A DNA stretch of 59,473 nucleotides. Source: Candidatus Woesearchaeota archaeon. GTDB taxonomy: Archaea; Nanobdellota; Nanobdellia; Woesearchaeales; UBA525. The notes beneath the pieces were generated by a model that was given only the letters and a program-made list of their open reading frames with translations, made no database searches and was not told the DNA's origin. The stretch spans positions 1 through 59,473 of the forward strand of contig JACWAN010000086.1 of assembly GCA_014874255.1 (NCBI GenBank), given 5' to 3'. This document shows positions 1 through 11,501 of this stretch, piece after piece. The position numbers were made by a program, and so were the translations under genes. The stretch's first letter is position 1. Every line of letters starts with the position of its first letter.

Positions 1-304
1 CGGGTTCCCGGAGCGGAGCTCAAGGGTACTTCGTACCGTGCGCACGCAGGCGAATTTTCGCACTACGATGCGAGGGGCGCTTACGAGCCTGCGAGTAACC
101 TCGGAGCGCAAGAGCGCGACGATGAGCAGTCTTTGCTCCGCGGCATTCCTCCCGCCATAGTCAGTCACTCAACACCCCGTAGGGGCGACCCCTGTCAATC
201 GTCGTCGTGAAAGAAGACGCCTCGCCTGAAGCCGGCGACAGTCCATTCGCAACAGAGCCCGCCCCACAACAACACATAAATAGCGCTCGTCCCTCCTCTC
301 CCGG

Positions 305-1921
305 ATGGCGAAGCTGTCGATGGACGACCCGTTCTTCTTCGCGACCGCGCTCAAGTGGTACAAGCGGCGGGACGTCCAGGAAGCGATCCTCGCCGACTCC
401 GAGCACCGCGAGGTCTCGCCGCGGTTCGGCCAGGGCTTCGGGAAGCGGCCGGACGCGCTCTACTATCCGGCGGATGTGCTGAGTTTTGCGACGAAGAAGG
501 CGACGAGCTTCCACTGCAGCGAAGAACGCTGGCGCGATCCTCTCAGCCTCAAGACGGGGGGCTCGCGGAGAGAATTGGACGACCTCCGCATCGGCTGGGA
601 TTTAGTCCTCGACATCGACTGCCCGTACTGGCTCTTCTCCAAATTGACGGCGCAACTCTTCATAACGGCCCTCGAGGAGCACGGCGTCACCGGCGTCAAC
701 GTCAAGTTCAGCGGCAACAAGGGATTCCACCTCGGCGTCCCGTGGGAAGCCTTCCCCGAGGAGGCGAACGGACGGCCGACGAAAGACCTGTTCCCTGAGG
801 CGCCGCGCGCCATCGCTTCCTTCCTGCTCGACCACATCGCCACGAAACTGATCAGCGTCCAGCACAACACGATCGTCTTCGACCGGAAGTACAAGGTGAG
901 CTACGAGAAGCTGAAGGAAGTCACAGGGAAAGAAGCGAGCGAACTCGTCGTCGAGGTCTGCCGCCGTTGCCGCAGCCCCAAGGAACGGAAGGCGGAGGCG
1001 CAGCCGCTCTTCCTCTGCGCGAGCTGCGGCCACACGACGCGCACCGACGAGAAAGCGGATTACCTGAAGTGCGAGCGGTGCGGCGGCGTCATGACGCCGC
1101 AGACGATGGCCGCGTCCGAGAAATGCGGCCAGTGCGGCGGCAGCGAGTTCGAGCCGCGGTTCAACGTCCAAGCGCTCATCGAGGTAGATACGATTCTGCT
1201 CGCGTCACGCCACCTCTTCCGGACGCCGTACAGCCTCCACGAGAAATCGAAACTGGTGAGCGTCGTCTTCCCGAAAGAGCGGATCATGGCGTTCGAGAAG
1301 GATGAGGCGAAGCCCGCGAACGTCAAGGCATTCACGCGGTTCCTCGACCCGGACAAAGCGAGACGCGGCGAAGCCGCCGAACTCCTCGTCAAGGCGCTCG
1401 ACTTCGCCGCCGTGGCGGAGAACGCGAAAAGCGGCCAGCAGCGCGAGTACGCCGTCCCTGAGGAATCCATCCCCGAGGAATTGTTCCCGCCGTGCATGCG
1501 GAACATCCTCGCCGGCATGGACGACGGGAAGAAACGGGCGATGTTCGCGCTGACGAACTTCTTCCGGAGCTGCGGCTGGGGGCACGAGCAGATGGCCGCC
1601 CGTATCGAGGAGTGGAACAAGAAGAACCCCGAGCCGCTCCGTGAGGTCAACGTGAAGGGGCATCTCCGCTACACGCGGATGAAGAAGGAGATCGTGCTGC
1701 CGCCGAACTGTAAGTCGTTCTACCAGGACCTGCGCGTCTGCACGCCGGACAATTTCTGCCGGTTCATCAAGAACCCCGCGCAGTACAGCCGCCTCAAGGC
1801 GGAGCGGATCAGCGAGGGCAAGTCGCCCGAGAAGAAGACGGGCGGCGTTCGTCTCACCGACGAGCAGAAGGCGATGCGGAAGGCGTTCCGCGAGAAGAAG
1901 AAGCAAGAGGTGAAGGAATGA
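305..1921 (+). CDS. Fused DNA primase small+large subunit (PriS-PriL), DPANN type, with inserted double zinc ribbon
   Basis: AEP motifs WDLVLDID and FSGNKGFH; C-terminal PriL Fe-S domain FPPCM...LPPNC...VC...FC..IKNP; four CxxC pairs in the middle. Confidence 0.9.
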   Translation: MAKLSMDDPFFFATALKWYKRRDVQEAILADSEHREVSPRFGQGFGKRPDALYYPADVLSFATKKATSFHCSEERWRDPLSLKTGGSRRELDDLRIGWDLVLDIDCPYWLFSKLTAQLFITALEEHGVTGVNVKFSGNKGFHLGVPWEAFPEEANGRPTKDLFPEAPRAIASFLLDHIATKLISVQHNTIVFDRKYKVSYEKLKEVTGKEASELVVEVCRRCRSPKERKAEAQPLFLCASCGHTTRTDEKADYLKCERCGGVMTPQTMAASEKCGQCGGSEFEPRFNVQALIEVDTILLASRHLFRTPYSLHEKSKLVSVVFPKERIMAFEKDEAKPANVKAFTRFLDPDKARRGEAAELLVKALDFAAVAENAKSGQQREYAVPEESIPEELFPPCMRNILAGMDDGKKRAMFALTNFFRSCGWGHEQMAARIEEWNKKNPEPLREVNVKGHLRYTRMKKEIVLPPNCKSFYQDLRVCTPDNFCRFIKNPAQYSRLKAERISEGKSPEKKTGGVRLTDEQKAMRKAFREKKKQEVKE

Positions 1922-2469
1922 GCGTCGAAGAGGTGCGCGAGAAGGTCCGTCCGGCATTCGAGCCGGACTTCTGGGAGCGCCACATCGTCCTCGTCCACAA
2001 GTACTGCGTCCTCCTCGCGGAAAAGCTGCACGCCGACAAGGAGGTCGTCGAACTGGCGGCATACCTCCACGATTATGGCAGGGTCATGGATCCTGCCCGG
2101 CGAGACGAGCACCAACTCACCGGTGCGGAACTCGCGCCGAAGGTGCTCGAAGGATACCCTGAGGAGACGGTGCGGCATGTCCAGGCGTGCATCCGGACGC
2201 ACCGCGGCAGCGTCGACCTCAAACCAGGGACGATAGAGGCGCAAATCCTCGCGAACGCGGACGCGATGGCGCACCTCGACGCTGTCCCGTGGTTCCTCCG
2301 ACTCCGCTACGCAAAAGGCGAGAGCGTCGAGGAAGCGACCGCCTGGCTCCGACAAAAGCTGGAGCGGAACTGGACGAAGAAGCTGACGCTCCCGGAAGCG
2401 CGAAAACTCGTCCGGAAGAAGCACGAGGCGGCGATGCTGCTCCTCGGCGGGACGGCTGATTCGCCGTAG
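1918..2469 (+). CDS. HD-domain phosphohydrolase
   Basis: H...LAAYLHDYGR...EH...TH...ILANADAMAH; ATGA overlap with the primase stop. Confidence 0.85.
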   Translation: MSVEEVREKVRPAFEPDFWERHIVLVHKYCVLLAEKLHADKEVVELAAYLHDYGRVMDPARRDEHQLTGAELAPKVLEGYPEETVRHVQACIRTHRGSVDLKPGTIEAQILANADAMAHLDAVPWFLRLRYAKGESVEEATAWLRQKLERNWTKKLTLPEARKLVRKKHEAAMLLLGGTADSP

Positions 2470-2496
2470 GGTGTTTTTCTTCTTTCTCCTTGACCT

Positions 2497-2620
2497 CAAG
2501 GTTGCCACGGAGAACCCACTCTCCCATCCGGTCCGAGGTCTAGACGGACGCTCACGATTATGCAGTCGCTCATGCTCCTGCATGTTCGCGCCCGGGTCTT
2601 GCTCCAAGGCGGCAACCTTG
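2497..2620. repeat. Structured intergenic element family A, copy 1
   Basis: Outer stem CAAGGTTGCC/GGCAACCTTG, AAG bulge, CCGGTCCGAG, CGGACGCTCAC...CATGTTCGCGCCCG. Confidence 0.8.
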
Positions 2621-2660
2621 TTGAGATTACTATGTGTTCTCTCCCCCCTTTCTCCTCTCC

Positions 2661-2825
2661 GGCTCTTAGGCAAATGGTGTGTCGCCGGCCAGAGGGCGAG
2701 GCATGAGGAGAACACAGCAGAAGAGGTCGGGGGGTCGCCCCATACGGGGGTGACCGGAGCGGCGGGGAACGAAGCGGTTGCCGAGCAGCCGGCGACACCG
2801 TCGGAGGCGAATTTGCCTAAGAGTC
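2661..2825 (+). mobile_element. MITE (family B), copy 1
   Basis: TIRs GGCTCTTAGGCAAAT / ATTTGCCTAAGAGTC; perfect 9-bp TSD CTCCTCTCC (2652-2660, 2826-2834). Confidence 0.85.
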
Positions 2826-2840
2826 CTCCTCTCCCTAAAA

Positions 2841-2848
2841 TTTATATA
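2841..2848 (+). promoter_or_regulatory. TATA box upstream of ppdK
   Basis: AAAA-TTTATATA, BRE-TATA-like. Confidence 0.6.
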
Positions 2849-3009
2849 GTACCGTTCCGCGCCGCCGATTGAAGAGCACCGGTTGCTTTTCTCGGCGCAG
2901 CGCACGTCGCTGTATGACGCTGACGCACGCTAGAACGCGGCAGGACGGTTCCGGCCGCTTCACGTACGATAGAACGACTGGACGACCAAAAAACACAAAG
3001 GTGGAACTG

Positions 3010-5724
<2,715 letters not shown>

Positions 5725-5726
5725 AT

Positions 5727-5810
5727 ATTTTTTTGTTTAACACATTTTTCTTTCTCTCTCCGTTCTCTTCAGGTCTCTTTTCACCCTCCCGCACATCTTT
5801 TTTATTTTTA
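5727..5810 (+). terminator. T-rich archaeal-type terminator region after ppdK
   Basis: Oligo-T tracts directly after the stop codon. Confidence 0.5.
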
Positions 5811-5870
5811 TATAACTTATTTCCGGATAACTCAGTCCCGATTTTATGCGGTTCGCTCTTCCTGTGCGAC

Positions 5871-6035
5871 GGCTCTTGGGCAAATGCTGTGTTGCCGGCC
5901 AAAGGGCGACCCGTAGCAGAGAATGAAGCAAAGGAGGAGAGGGGGTTGTCCCCCACGGGGAGCTCCGCTGACGCGAAGAACGCAGCGACACGGGTCGCAG
6001 CCGGCAACACCGCGAAGCGAATTCGCCTAAGAGCC
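5871..6035 (+). mobile_element. MITE (family B), copy 2
   Basis: TIRs GGCTCTTGGGCAAAT / ATTCGCCTAAGAGCC; perfect 9-bp TSD CTGTGCGAC (5862-5870, 6036-6044). Confidence 0.85.
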
Positions 6036-6097
6036 CTGTGCGACGAAAGCTATAAACTATGATTGACATCCCCTCCCTCTTCAGGGTTTTCTGCCGG

Positions 6098-6505
6098 ATG
6101 GAGCTCAACGGCCTCGCGCGCGAGATTGTCGGTACGGATGCATTGATTAACGCGGCCGGCACATATCTTGTCGACGCGACATATGCCGGTCCGGTCGAAC
6201 GGCTCAAAGTCACAAGTCTCTACGCCGTCCTCGAAGGGAGGCACGGACTCCGCCCTTCGAGGGTCGTCCACAATGATGAGGAATGGGGGTTCAATGATCA
6301 CCGGGTCATGGGTGTCGCGGCAGGCATCGCGACACGCATGGGAAGCAGCCACCTCTGGCTCTCTTTGAATGGCGAGACAGTATGGCTTCAGGTATCGTCG
6401 GAAATCGTGAGGAACCTCGACGGTGAGACGCCGCGCGAGTACGCGCAAAAGATTCTCGACTCAGTCGTCACGTTCGTCGAGACGCCGCAGAATTACCGGA
6501 AATAA
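6098..6505 (+). CDS. Hypothetical protein
   Basis: ORF with normal amino-acid composition downstream of TATA-like TATAAA at 6051; start uncertain (6059 or 6098). Confidence 0.6.
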   Translation: MELNGLAREIVGTDALINAAGTYLVDATYAGPVERLKVTSLYAVLEGRHGLRPSRVVHNDEEWGFNDHRVMGVAAGIATRMGSSHLWLSLNGETVWLQVSSEIVRNLDGETPREYAQKILDSVVTFVETPQNYRK

Positions 6506-6738
6506 CCCGTGCCCGGCAACCGCGTCCGGGTCTGCGCCCCATCGTTCTTCTCCGGTATCTTGTCGAGCCGGGTGAAGCAGTATTGGCAGACGTTCACGCT
6601 GTCCGGGAGCGGCGGCCGGTGGCCGTGCGCGGCGCAATAGGTCTTGCGTGCCTCGAGAGCGTCTCTCGCGTTCCTGACCATCTCTGATTCGATCTTGAGG
6701 ATCCGTTCGAGGTGTAGCGGTTCCACCGGGTCAGGCAT
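6493..6738 (-). CDS. Small hypothetical protein with possible Zn-binding motif
   Basis: MPDPVEP...YCAAHGH...CQYC; TATA-like TTTATCTA upstream on the minus strand. Confidence 0.5.
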   Translation of the reverse strand: MPDPVEPLHLERILKIESEMVRNARDALEARKTYCAAHGHRPPLPDSVNVCQYCFTRLDKIPEKNDGAQTRTRLPGTGYFR

Positions 6739-6801
6739 AAGATCTCCTCGCGGTCGTAGTAGATAAACCTTGTGGATGAGGACTCCTTTTTCTTTTTTTT
6801 T

Positions 6802-6914
6802 TGGGCGTCGCGGAGCATTTGTTCTCCCTCCGGTCCGAGGTTTAGTCGGGCGCTCACCGTGATGGCGCTGTTGCGCCATGTTCGCGCCCGTCAATCGTTC
6901 CAAGGCGACGCCCA
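6802..6914. repeat. Structured intergenic element family A, copy 2
   Basis: Outer stem TGGGCGTCGC/GCGACGCCCA, AAG bulge, inner CGGGCGC/GCGCCCG, apical ATGGCGC-TGTT-GCGCCAT. Confidence 0.8.
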
Positions 6915-7027
6915 CGGTTGAAACGTCTCGTGGCGCACTTTGTCTATCTCCTATTTCTTTTCCATAGCGTCGTTTTGTTTTCCCGTCGGGAAACGCGTTC
7001 TTCCCCCTCTCTCCGTCGACGCAAAGG

Positions 7028-7035
7028 TTTATAAA
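7028..7035 (+). promoter_or_regulatory. TATA box of the ribosomal superoperon
   Basis: CAAAGG-TTTATAAA about 200 nt upstream of rpl3. Confidence 0.7.
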
Positions 7036-7057
7036 GGGTTCCCGATTCTCCACGAAC

Positions 7058-7227
7058 TACCCGAAAGGGAAGCACTGTCGGACCGGCTCCACAGGGGTCG
7101 CCGACCAAGGCCTGAGAAGGGATGCGCTTTTCAGTACCGACACACTCGGTTCTCGCAGCGCACCTCCGCAAAAGGCCATAGCAACGGCACAGCCGAAAGG
7201 CATACGCCTCACTAGCGAGATACCAAC
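7058..7227 (+). ncRNA. Candidate structured 5' leader (r-leader) of the rpl3 operon
   Basis: Several hairpins, incl. CCC-GAAA-GGG, GTCGG/CCGAC, ACCGA-CACAC-TCGGT, GCC-GAAA-GGC, TCTCGC/GCGAGA. Confidence 0.4.
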
Positions 7228-8205
7228 ATGGGCAAGCGAGAATCACCCCGGCACGGCAGCATGCAGGTCTGGCCGCGAAAGCGCGCCAAGCGCCAGTACG
7301 CGCGCGTCCGCGGATGGAACGAGAAGGAGAAAGGACTCCTCGCTTTCCCCGCGTACAAGGCAGGCATGACGCACGTCATGGCGACCGACGCCCGGAAGAA
7401 CAGCCAATCGAAAGGCGAAACGATTTCCCTGCCCTCCACCATTCTCGACTGCCCCCCCATCAAGCTCTACAGCGTCCGCCTCTACAAGGAAGATGCGTAC
7501 GGCGCGAAAGCCGTCGGCGAGATCGTCGTCGGCAAGGACAAGCACCTCTTCCGCAAGGTCTTCACCAAGAAGACGGACGAGGAGAAGCTCAAGGACGTCA
7601 AGCCCGCGGAGTACAGCGACATCCGCGTCACGATCATGACCCAGCCCGGGAAGACCGGCATCGGGAAGAAGAAGCCCGAGATCTTCGAGGCCGCGATCGG
7701 CGGCACCAACGAGGAGAAGCTCGCCTGGATCAACGACCACCTCAACAAGGAGATCACCATCAACGAGGTCTTCAAGGAGGGCGAGTACGCGGACGCGCAC
7801 GCCATCACGCGCGGCAAGGGCTTCCAGGGCCCGGTCAAGCGGTTCGGCATCGGCCTCAAGCCGCACAAGAGCGAGAAGGGACGGAGAGCTCCCGGCAGCC
7901 TGGGCAGCTGGTCGGCGCAGCAGCACTCCCTCTACCGGGTCGCGCACGCGGGCCAGACCGGCTACCACCAGCGCGTCCAGTACAACAACCAGATCATCAG
8001 GATCGGCGACAAGCCGGAAGAGGTCAACCCGAAGGGGGGGTTCATCAACTTCGGCACCGTCCGGAACCAGTACGCGATCGTCAAGGGCAGCCTCCAGGGC
8101 CCGAAGAAGCGGATGATCACCCTCACCAAGGCCGTCCGGCTGTACGACAACCAGGTGACGCCGACCGTCGAGACGGTCAGCCTCGAGTCCAAGCAGGGAC
8201 GCTGA
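7228..8205 (+). CDS. rpl3: 50S ribosomal protein uL3
   Basis: PRHGS..VWPRKRA, YKAGMTH, GKGFQGPVKRFG. Confidence 0.97.
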   Translation: MGKRESPRHGSMQVWPRKRAKRQYARVRGWNEKEKGLLAFPAYKAGMTHVMATDARKNSQSKGETISLPSTILDCPPIKLYSVRLYKEDAYGAKAVGEIVVGKDKHLFRKVFTKKTDEEKLKDVKPAEYSDIRVTIMTQPGKTGIGKKKPEIFEAAIGGTNEEKLAWINDHLNKEITINEVFKEGEYADAHAITRGKGFQGPVKRFGIGLKPHKSEKGRRAPGSLGSWSAQQHSLYRVAHAGQTGYHQRVQYNNQIIRIGDKPEEVNPKGGFINFGTVRNQYAIVKGSLQGPKKRMITLTKAVRLYDNQVTPTVETVSLESKQGR

Positions 8206-8264
8206 ACAAGAGAAGGATAGGAACCATCAAGCTCACGGAATATCAAGCTCACGAAGGAACGACC

Positions 8265-9248
8265 ATGAAGCTCCCCATCATCGACGCGAAGAAGGCGAAG
8301 AAGGGCGACCTCGAGCTGCCGAAGCAGTTCAGCGAGCCCGTGCGCCGCGACCTGATCCAGCGCGCCGTCTTCAGCCTCCAAGCCGCTGCCCGTCAGCCCT
8401 ACGGCGCCGACCCGGACGCGGGCATGCGCGTCAGCGCCAAGCTCTCCCGCAGAAGGCGGAACTACCGCGGCAGCTACGGCCAGGGCATCAGCCGCGTCCC
8501 CCGCAAGATTCTCAACAGGAGGGGCATCCGGATGTTCTACGTCGGCGCGCTCGCTCCCGGCACCGTCGGCGGCCGCAGGGCACATCCGCCGAAGGCGGAG
8601 AAGGTCTGGGAGCAGAAGATCAACAAGCGCGAGAACCGGAAAGCCATCAGGAGCGCGCTCGCAGCCGTCATGGACCGGTCCATCGTCACAGGGCGCGGCC
8701 ACAAGCTGCCGGCAGAATACCCGTTCATCCTCGACAACAGCTTCGAATCCATCGCGAAGACGAAGGAGGCGATCACCGCGCTCCTCGGCCTCGGCTTCGC
8801 CGACGAGCTTGCCCGCGCAGAGACCAAGACCGTCCGCGCCGGCAAGGCGAAGATGCGCGGTCGCAAGACCAAGCGCGCGACCAGCCTCCTCCTCGTCGTC
8901 GGGGGAGAGGGCGCGAAGCTCGCCACCAGCGCGGCGAACATCCCCGGCGTCACGATCGCCGCGGTCCGCGGCCTGAACGCGGAGCTCCTCGCCCCGGGCA
9001 CGCACCCCGGACGGGCGACGCTCTTCACCGAGCAAGCCATGAAGATCCTCAAGGAAGAGAGCCTCTTCGCCGACAAGCCGGCGACCAGCGTCGCAGCCAA
9101 GCCCGTGAAGCCGATCTCCTCGAAGAAGGAGAAGGCCGTAAAGGCCGCCGCGATCGCCGAGAAGACCGGGAGCAAGCCGGCGAAGAACGCCGCGAAAACG
9201 GCGAAGAACGAGACCAAGGCCGCGAAGGCGACGGGTGAGGCCGCATGA
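8265..9248 (+). CDS. rpl4: 50S ribosomal protein uL4 with Lys/Ala-rich C-terminal tail
   Basis: LPKQFSEPVRRDLIQRA, GGRRAHPPK, LLAPGTHPGR; start at ATG 8265. Confidence 0.97.
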   Translation: MKLPIIDAKKAKKGDLELPKQFSEPVRRDLIQRAVFSLQAAARQPYGADPDAGMRVSAKLSRRRRNYRGSYGQGISRVPRKILNRRGIRMFYVGALAPGTVGGRRAHPPKAEKVWEQKINKRENRKAIRSALAAVMDRSIVTGRGHKLPAEYPFILDNSFESIAKTKEAITALLGLGFADELARAETKTVRAGKAKMRGRKTKRATSLLLVVGGEGAKLATSAANIPGVTIAAVRGLNAELLAPGTHPGRATLFTEQAMKILKEESLFADKPATSVAAKPVKPISSKKEKAVKAAAIAEKTGSKPAKNAAKTAKNETKAAKATGEAA

Positions 9249-9493
9249 TCATCAAGCGCCCCGTCAGCACGGAGAAATCCATCAGGATCATCGAGACGGA
9301 GAACAAGCTCGTCTTCATGGTCGACCTCAAGGCGACGAAGACGCAGATCAAGGCGGAGCTCGAGAAGCTCTTCGACGCGAAGGTCCTCCGGGTCAACACC
9401 ACGATCACGCCCGGTGCGGAGAAGCGCGCCACGGTCCAGTTCGGCCCCGAGACGCCCGCGATCGACATCGCGTCGAAGCTCGGGCTCATGTAG
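9245..9493 (+). CDS. rpl23: 50S ribosomal protein uL23
   Basis: TEKSIRIIETENKLVFMVD..ATK.QIK; operon position. Confidence 0.95.
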   Translation: MIIKRPVSTEKSIRIIETENKLVFMVDLKATKTQIKAELEKLFDAKVLRVNTTITPGAEKRATVQFGPETPAIDIASKLGLM

Positions 9494-9545
9494 ACCGGGC
9501 AATGATGCAGGCAATGATGACGGACGATATAACGAGTGATGCACG

Positions 9546-10247
9546 ATGGGCAAGAACCTGATCCAACAGAAGCGCGGCAAGGGCAGCCCTTCCTACCGGA
9601 GGCACAGCTTCAACGCCGTCGGCCAGGCACGCGTCGAGAACAGGGGCAGCGCCGTCATCCTCGCGTTCATCCACTCCAAGATGCACACCGCCCCGATTGC
9701 CCGCGTCAAGTACGAGGACGGCGAGGACGGGTTGCTCATCGCGCCCGAAGGCGTCCGGACGGGGCAGCGCATCCTCATCGGCGAGTCCGCGCCCCTCGAG
9801 CTCGGAAATACCTTGCCGCTCAAGAGCCTGCCCGAAGGCAGCCTCATCTACAACATCGAGGCGCAGCCTGGCGACGGCGGCAAGTTCGTCCGCGCATCGG
9901 GCGGCGTCGCGCGCATCGTCGGCAAGACGCCGACCGGCGTCATGGTCCAGCTGCCCAGCAAGAAGCGGAAGCAGTTCAACCCCGAGTGCAAGGCGAGCCT
10001 CGGCGTCGTCGCGGGCGGCGGCCGCGAGGAGAAGCCGTTCCTGAAAGCAGGCATCAAGTTCCACTACGCGAAGGCGAAGAACCGGTACTGGCCGATCGTC
10101 AGCGCGACGGCGATGAACGCGGTCGATCACCCCTTCGGCGGCAAGCGCACCAGCAGGAAGGGCCGGCCGACCATCGCGCCGAAGAACGCGCCGCCGGGCC
10201 GTATGGTCGGCATGATCCGGCCGCGCCACACGGGCAGGAACAAGTAG
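9546..10247 (+). CDS. rpl2: 50S ribosomal protein uL2
   Basis: MGKNLIQQKRGKGS, PGDGGKFVRASG, AMNAVDHPFGG. Confidence 0.97.
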   Translation: MGKNLIQQKRGKGSPSYRRHSFNAVGQARVENRGSAVILAFIHSKMHTAPIARVKYEDGEDGLLIAPEGVRTGQRILIGESAPLELGNTLPLKSLPEGSLIYNIEAQPGDGGKFVRASGGVARIVGKTPTGVMVQLPSKKRKQFNPECKASLGVVAGGGREEKPFLKAGIKFHYAKAKNRYWPIVSATAMNAVDHPFGGKRTSRKGRPTIAPKNAPPGRMVGMIRPRHTGRNK

Positions 10248-10265
10248 AACTGACGGGATGAGCAC

Positions 10266-10667
10266 ATGGCACGCAAGGAATTCAGCTACCGGGGACGCAC
10301 GATCGAGGAGCTCCAGGCGATGGGCATCGATGAGCTCGCGCTCCTCTTCACGAGCGACGCCCGGCGCAAGATCCGCCGCGGCTTCAGCGAAGACGAGAAG
10401 AGCCTCCTCCGGAAGCTCGCGAAGCGCGACCGCGTCAAGACGCAGAGCCGCGACATGCTCGTCCTGCCCAGCATGGCGGGCAAGACCATCCTCGTCCACA
10501 CTGGGAAGGAGTACCTGCCCGTGCTCGTCCAGCCGGAGATGATTGGCAACCGTCTCGGGTGCTACGCCCTGACGCGCAAGCCGACCAAGCACTCCGCCGC
10601 GGGCGTCAGCTCCAAGAACGCCGAGGCTGCGGCGGCCAAGTCGGCCGGCAAGGAGAAGAAGGAGTGA
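10266..10667 (+). CDS. rps19: 30S ribosomal protein uS19
   Basis: EFSYRGRTIEELQAM, PEMIG.RLG.YALTRK. Confidence 0.95.
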   Translation: MARKEFSYRGRTIEELQAMGIDELALLFTSDARRKIRRGFSEDEKSLLRKLAKRDRVKTQSRDMLVLPSMAGKTILVHTGKEYLPVLVQPEMIGNRLGCYALTRKPTKHSAAGVSSKNAEAAAAKSAGKEKKE

Positions 10668-10735
10668 GCAAGCGAGTAAAGGACTAAACGCGAGTAAAGG
10701 ACCAGAGTAAAGGACTAAGGAAGAAGTGACGATCA

Positions 10736-11500
10736 ATGAAGACCTCGTTCACCAGCTACAAGCCGGAGACCATGGCGCGCGCCGCCTTTCCGGACGCGCC
10801 GATCAGCTTCAAGACCTCGATCGAGGTGGCGAAGCGGATCCGCGGCATGATGACGGACAAGGCCGAGCGGTACCTCGAGGCGGTCGTCGCCAAGAAGGAG
10901 GCGGTGCCGTTCACCCGGTTCACGAACGCCGTCGGCCACCGCAAGGGCGCGATGGCCGCGGGCCGATACCCGGTCAAGGCTGCGTCCGTCTTCCTCAAGC
11001 TCATCAGGCTCGGCGTCGCGAACGCCGAGAACAAGGGGCTCGGCACCCCGCTCAGGATCGTCCACATTTCCGCGCAGCAGGCGAGCCAGCCGATGCATGC
11101 CGGCCGGCGGCGCGGCATCGCGATGAAGCGGACCGGCCTCGACCTCGTCCTTGCGGAGACGGAGGGCTCGAAGCGCCAGCCGCGCAAGGCGAAGAAGGAG
11201 AAGGCCGTGACGACCGGGGCCGCCTCACCCGCCGAGCCGAAGAAGGGCGCCTCGACGAATGCCGAGACGGAGCCCGAGAAGAGGAGGGAATCCGAGACGG
11301 AGGACGCCGAGACGGAGGATGTGAAGGCCGAGACCAGACCGGAGCAGAAGGCCGAGCCGAAGAAGGCCGCACCGGTCCAGTCCAGGCCGGTCCCGAAGAA
11401 GACGGCGAAGCCCAAGGCCGAGAAGGCCGAGAGCGATATCCACAAGGAACCGAAGAGCAAGGAAGCGAAGAAGGCTCACGATCACGAGGATGTGAACTAG
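10736..11500 (+). CDS. rpl22: 50S ribosomal protein uL22 with long charged C-terminal tail
   Basis: ISFKTSIEVAKRIRGM, GRYPVKAA, NAENKGL. Confidence 0.95.
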   Translation: MKTSFTSYKPETMARAAFPDAPISFKTSIEVAKRIRGMMTDKAERYLEAVVAKKEAVPFTRFTNAVGHRKGAMAAGRYPVKAASVFLKLIRLGVANAENKGLGTPLRIVHISAQQASQPMHAGRRRGIAMKRTGLDLVLAETEGSKRQPRKAKKEKAVTTGAASPAEPKKGASTNAETEPEKRRESETEDAETEDVKAETRPEQKAEPKKAAPVQSRPVPKKTAKPKAEKAESDIHKEPKSKEAKKAHDHEDVN

Positions 11501-11501
11501 G

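Noticed and set aside
1..160. Possible tRNA (ends in CCGCCA) or RNase P RNA fragment
   Set aside because: No TTCGA T-loop or cloverleaf and no GAGGAAAGUCC motif; the hairpins match the local repeat families
7173..7227. GGCCATAGC resembles the start of 5S rRNA, and CCC-GAAA-GGG-AAGCA at 7060 resembles SRP helix 8
   Set aside because: Downstream 5S motifs and the SRP CAGG half of the loop are absent
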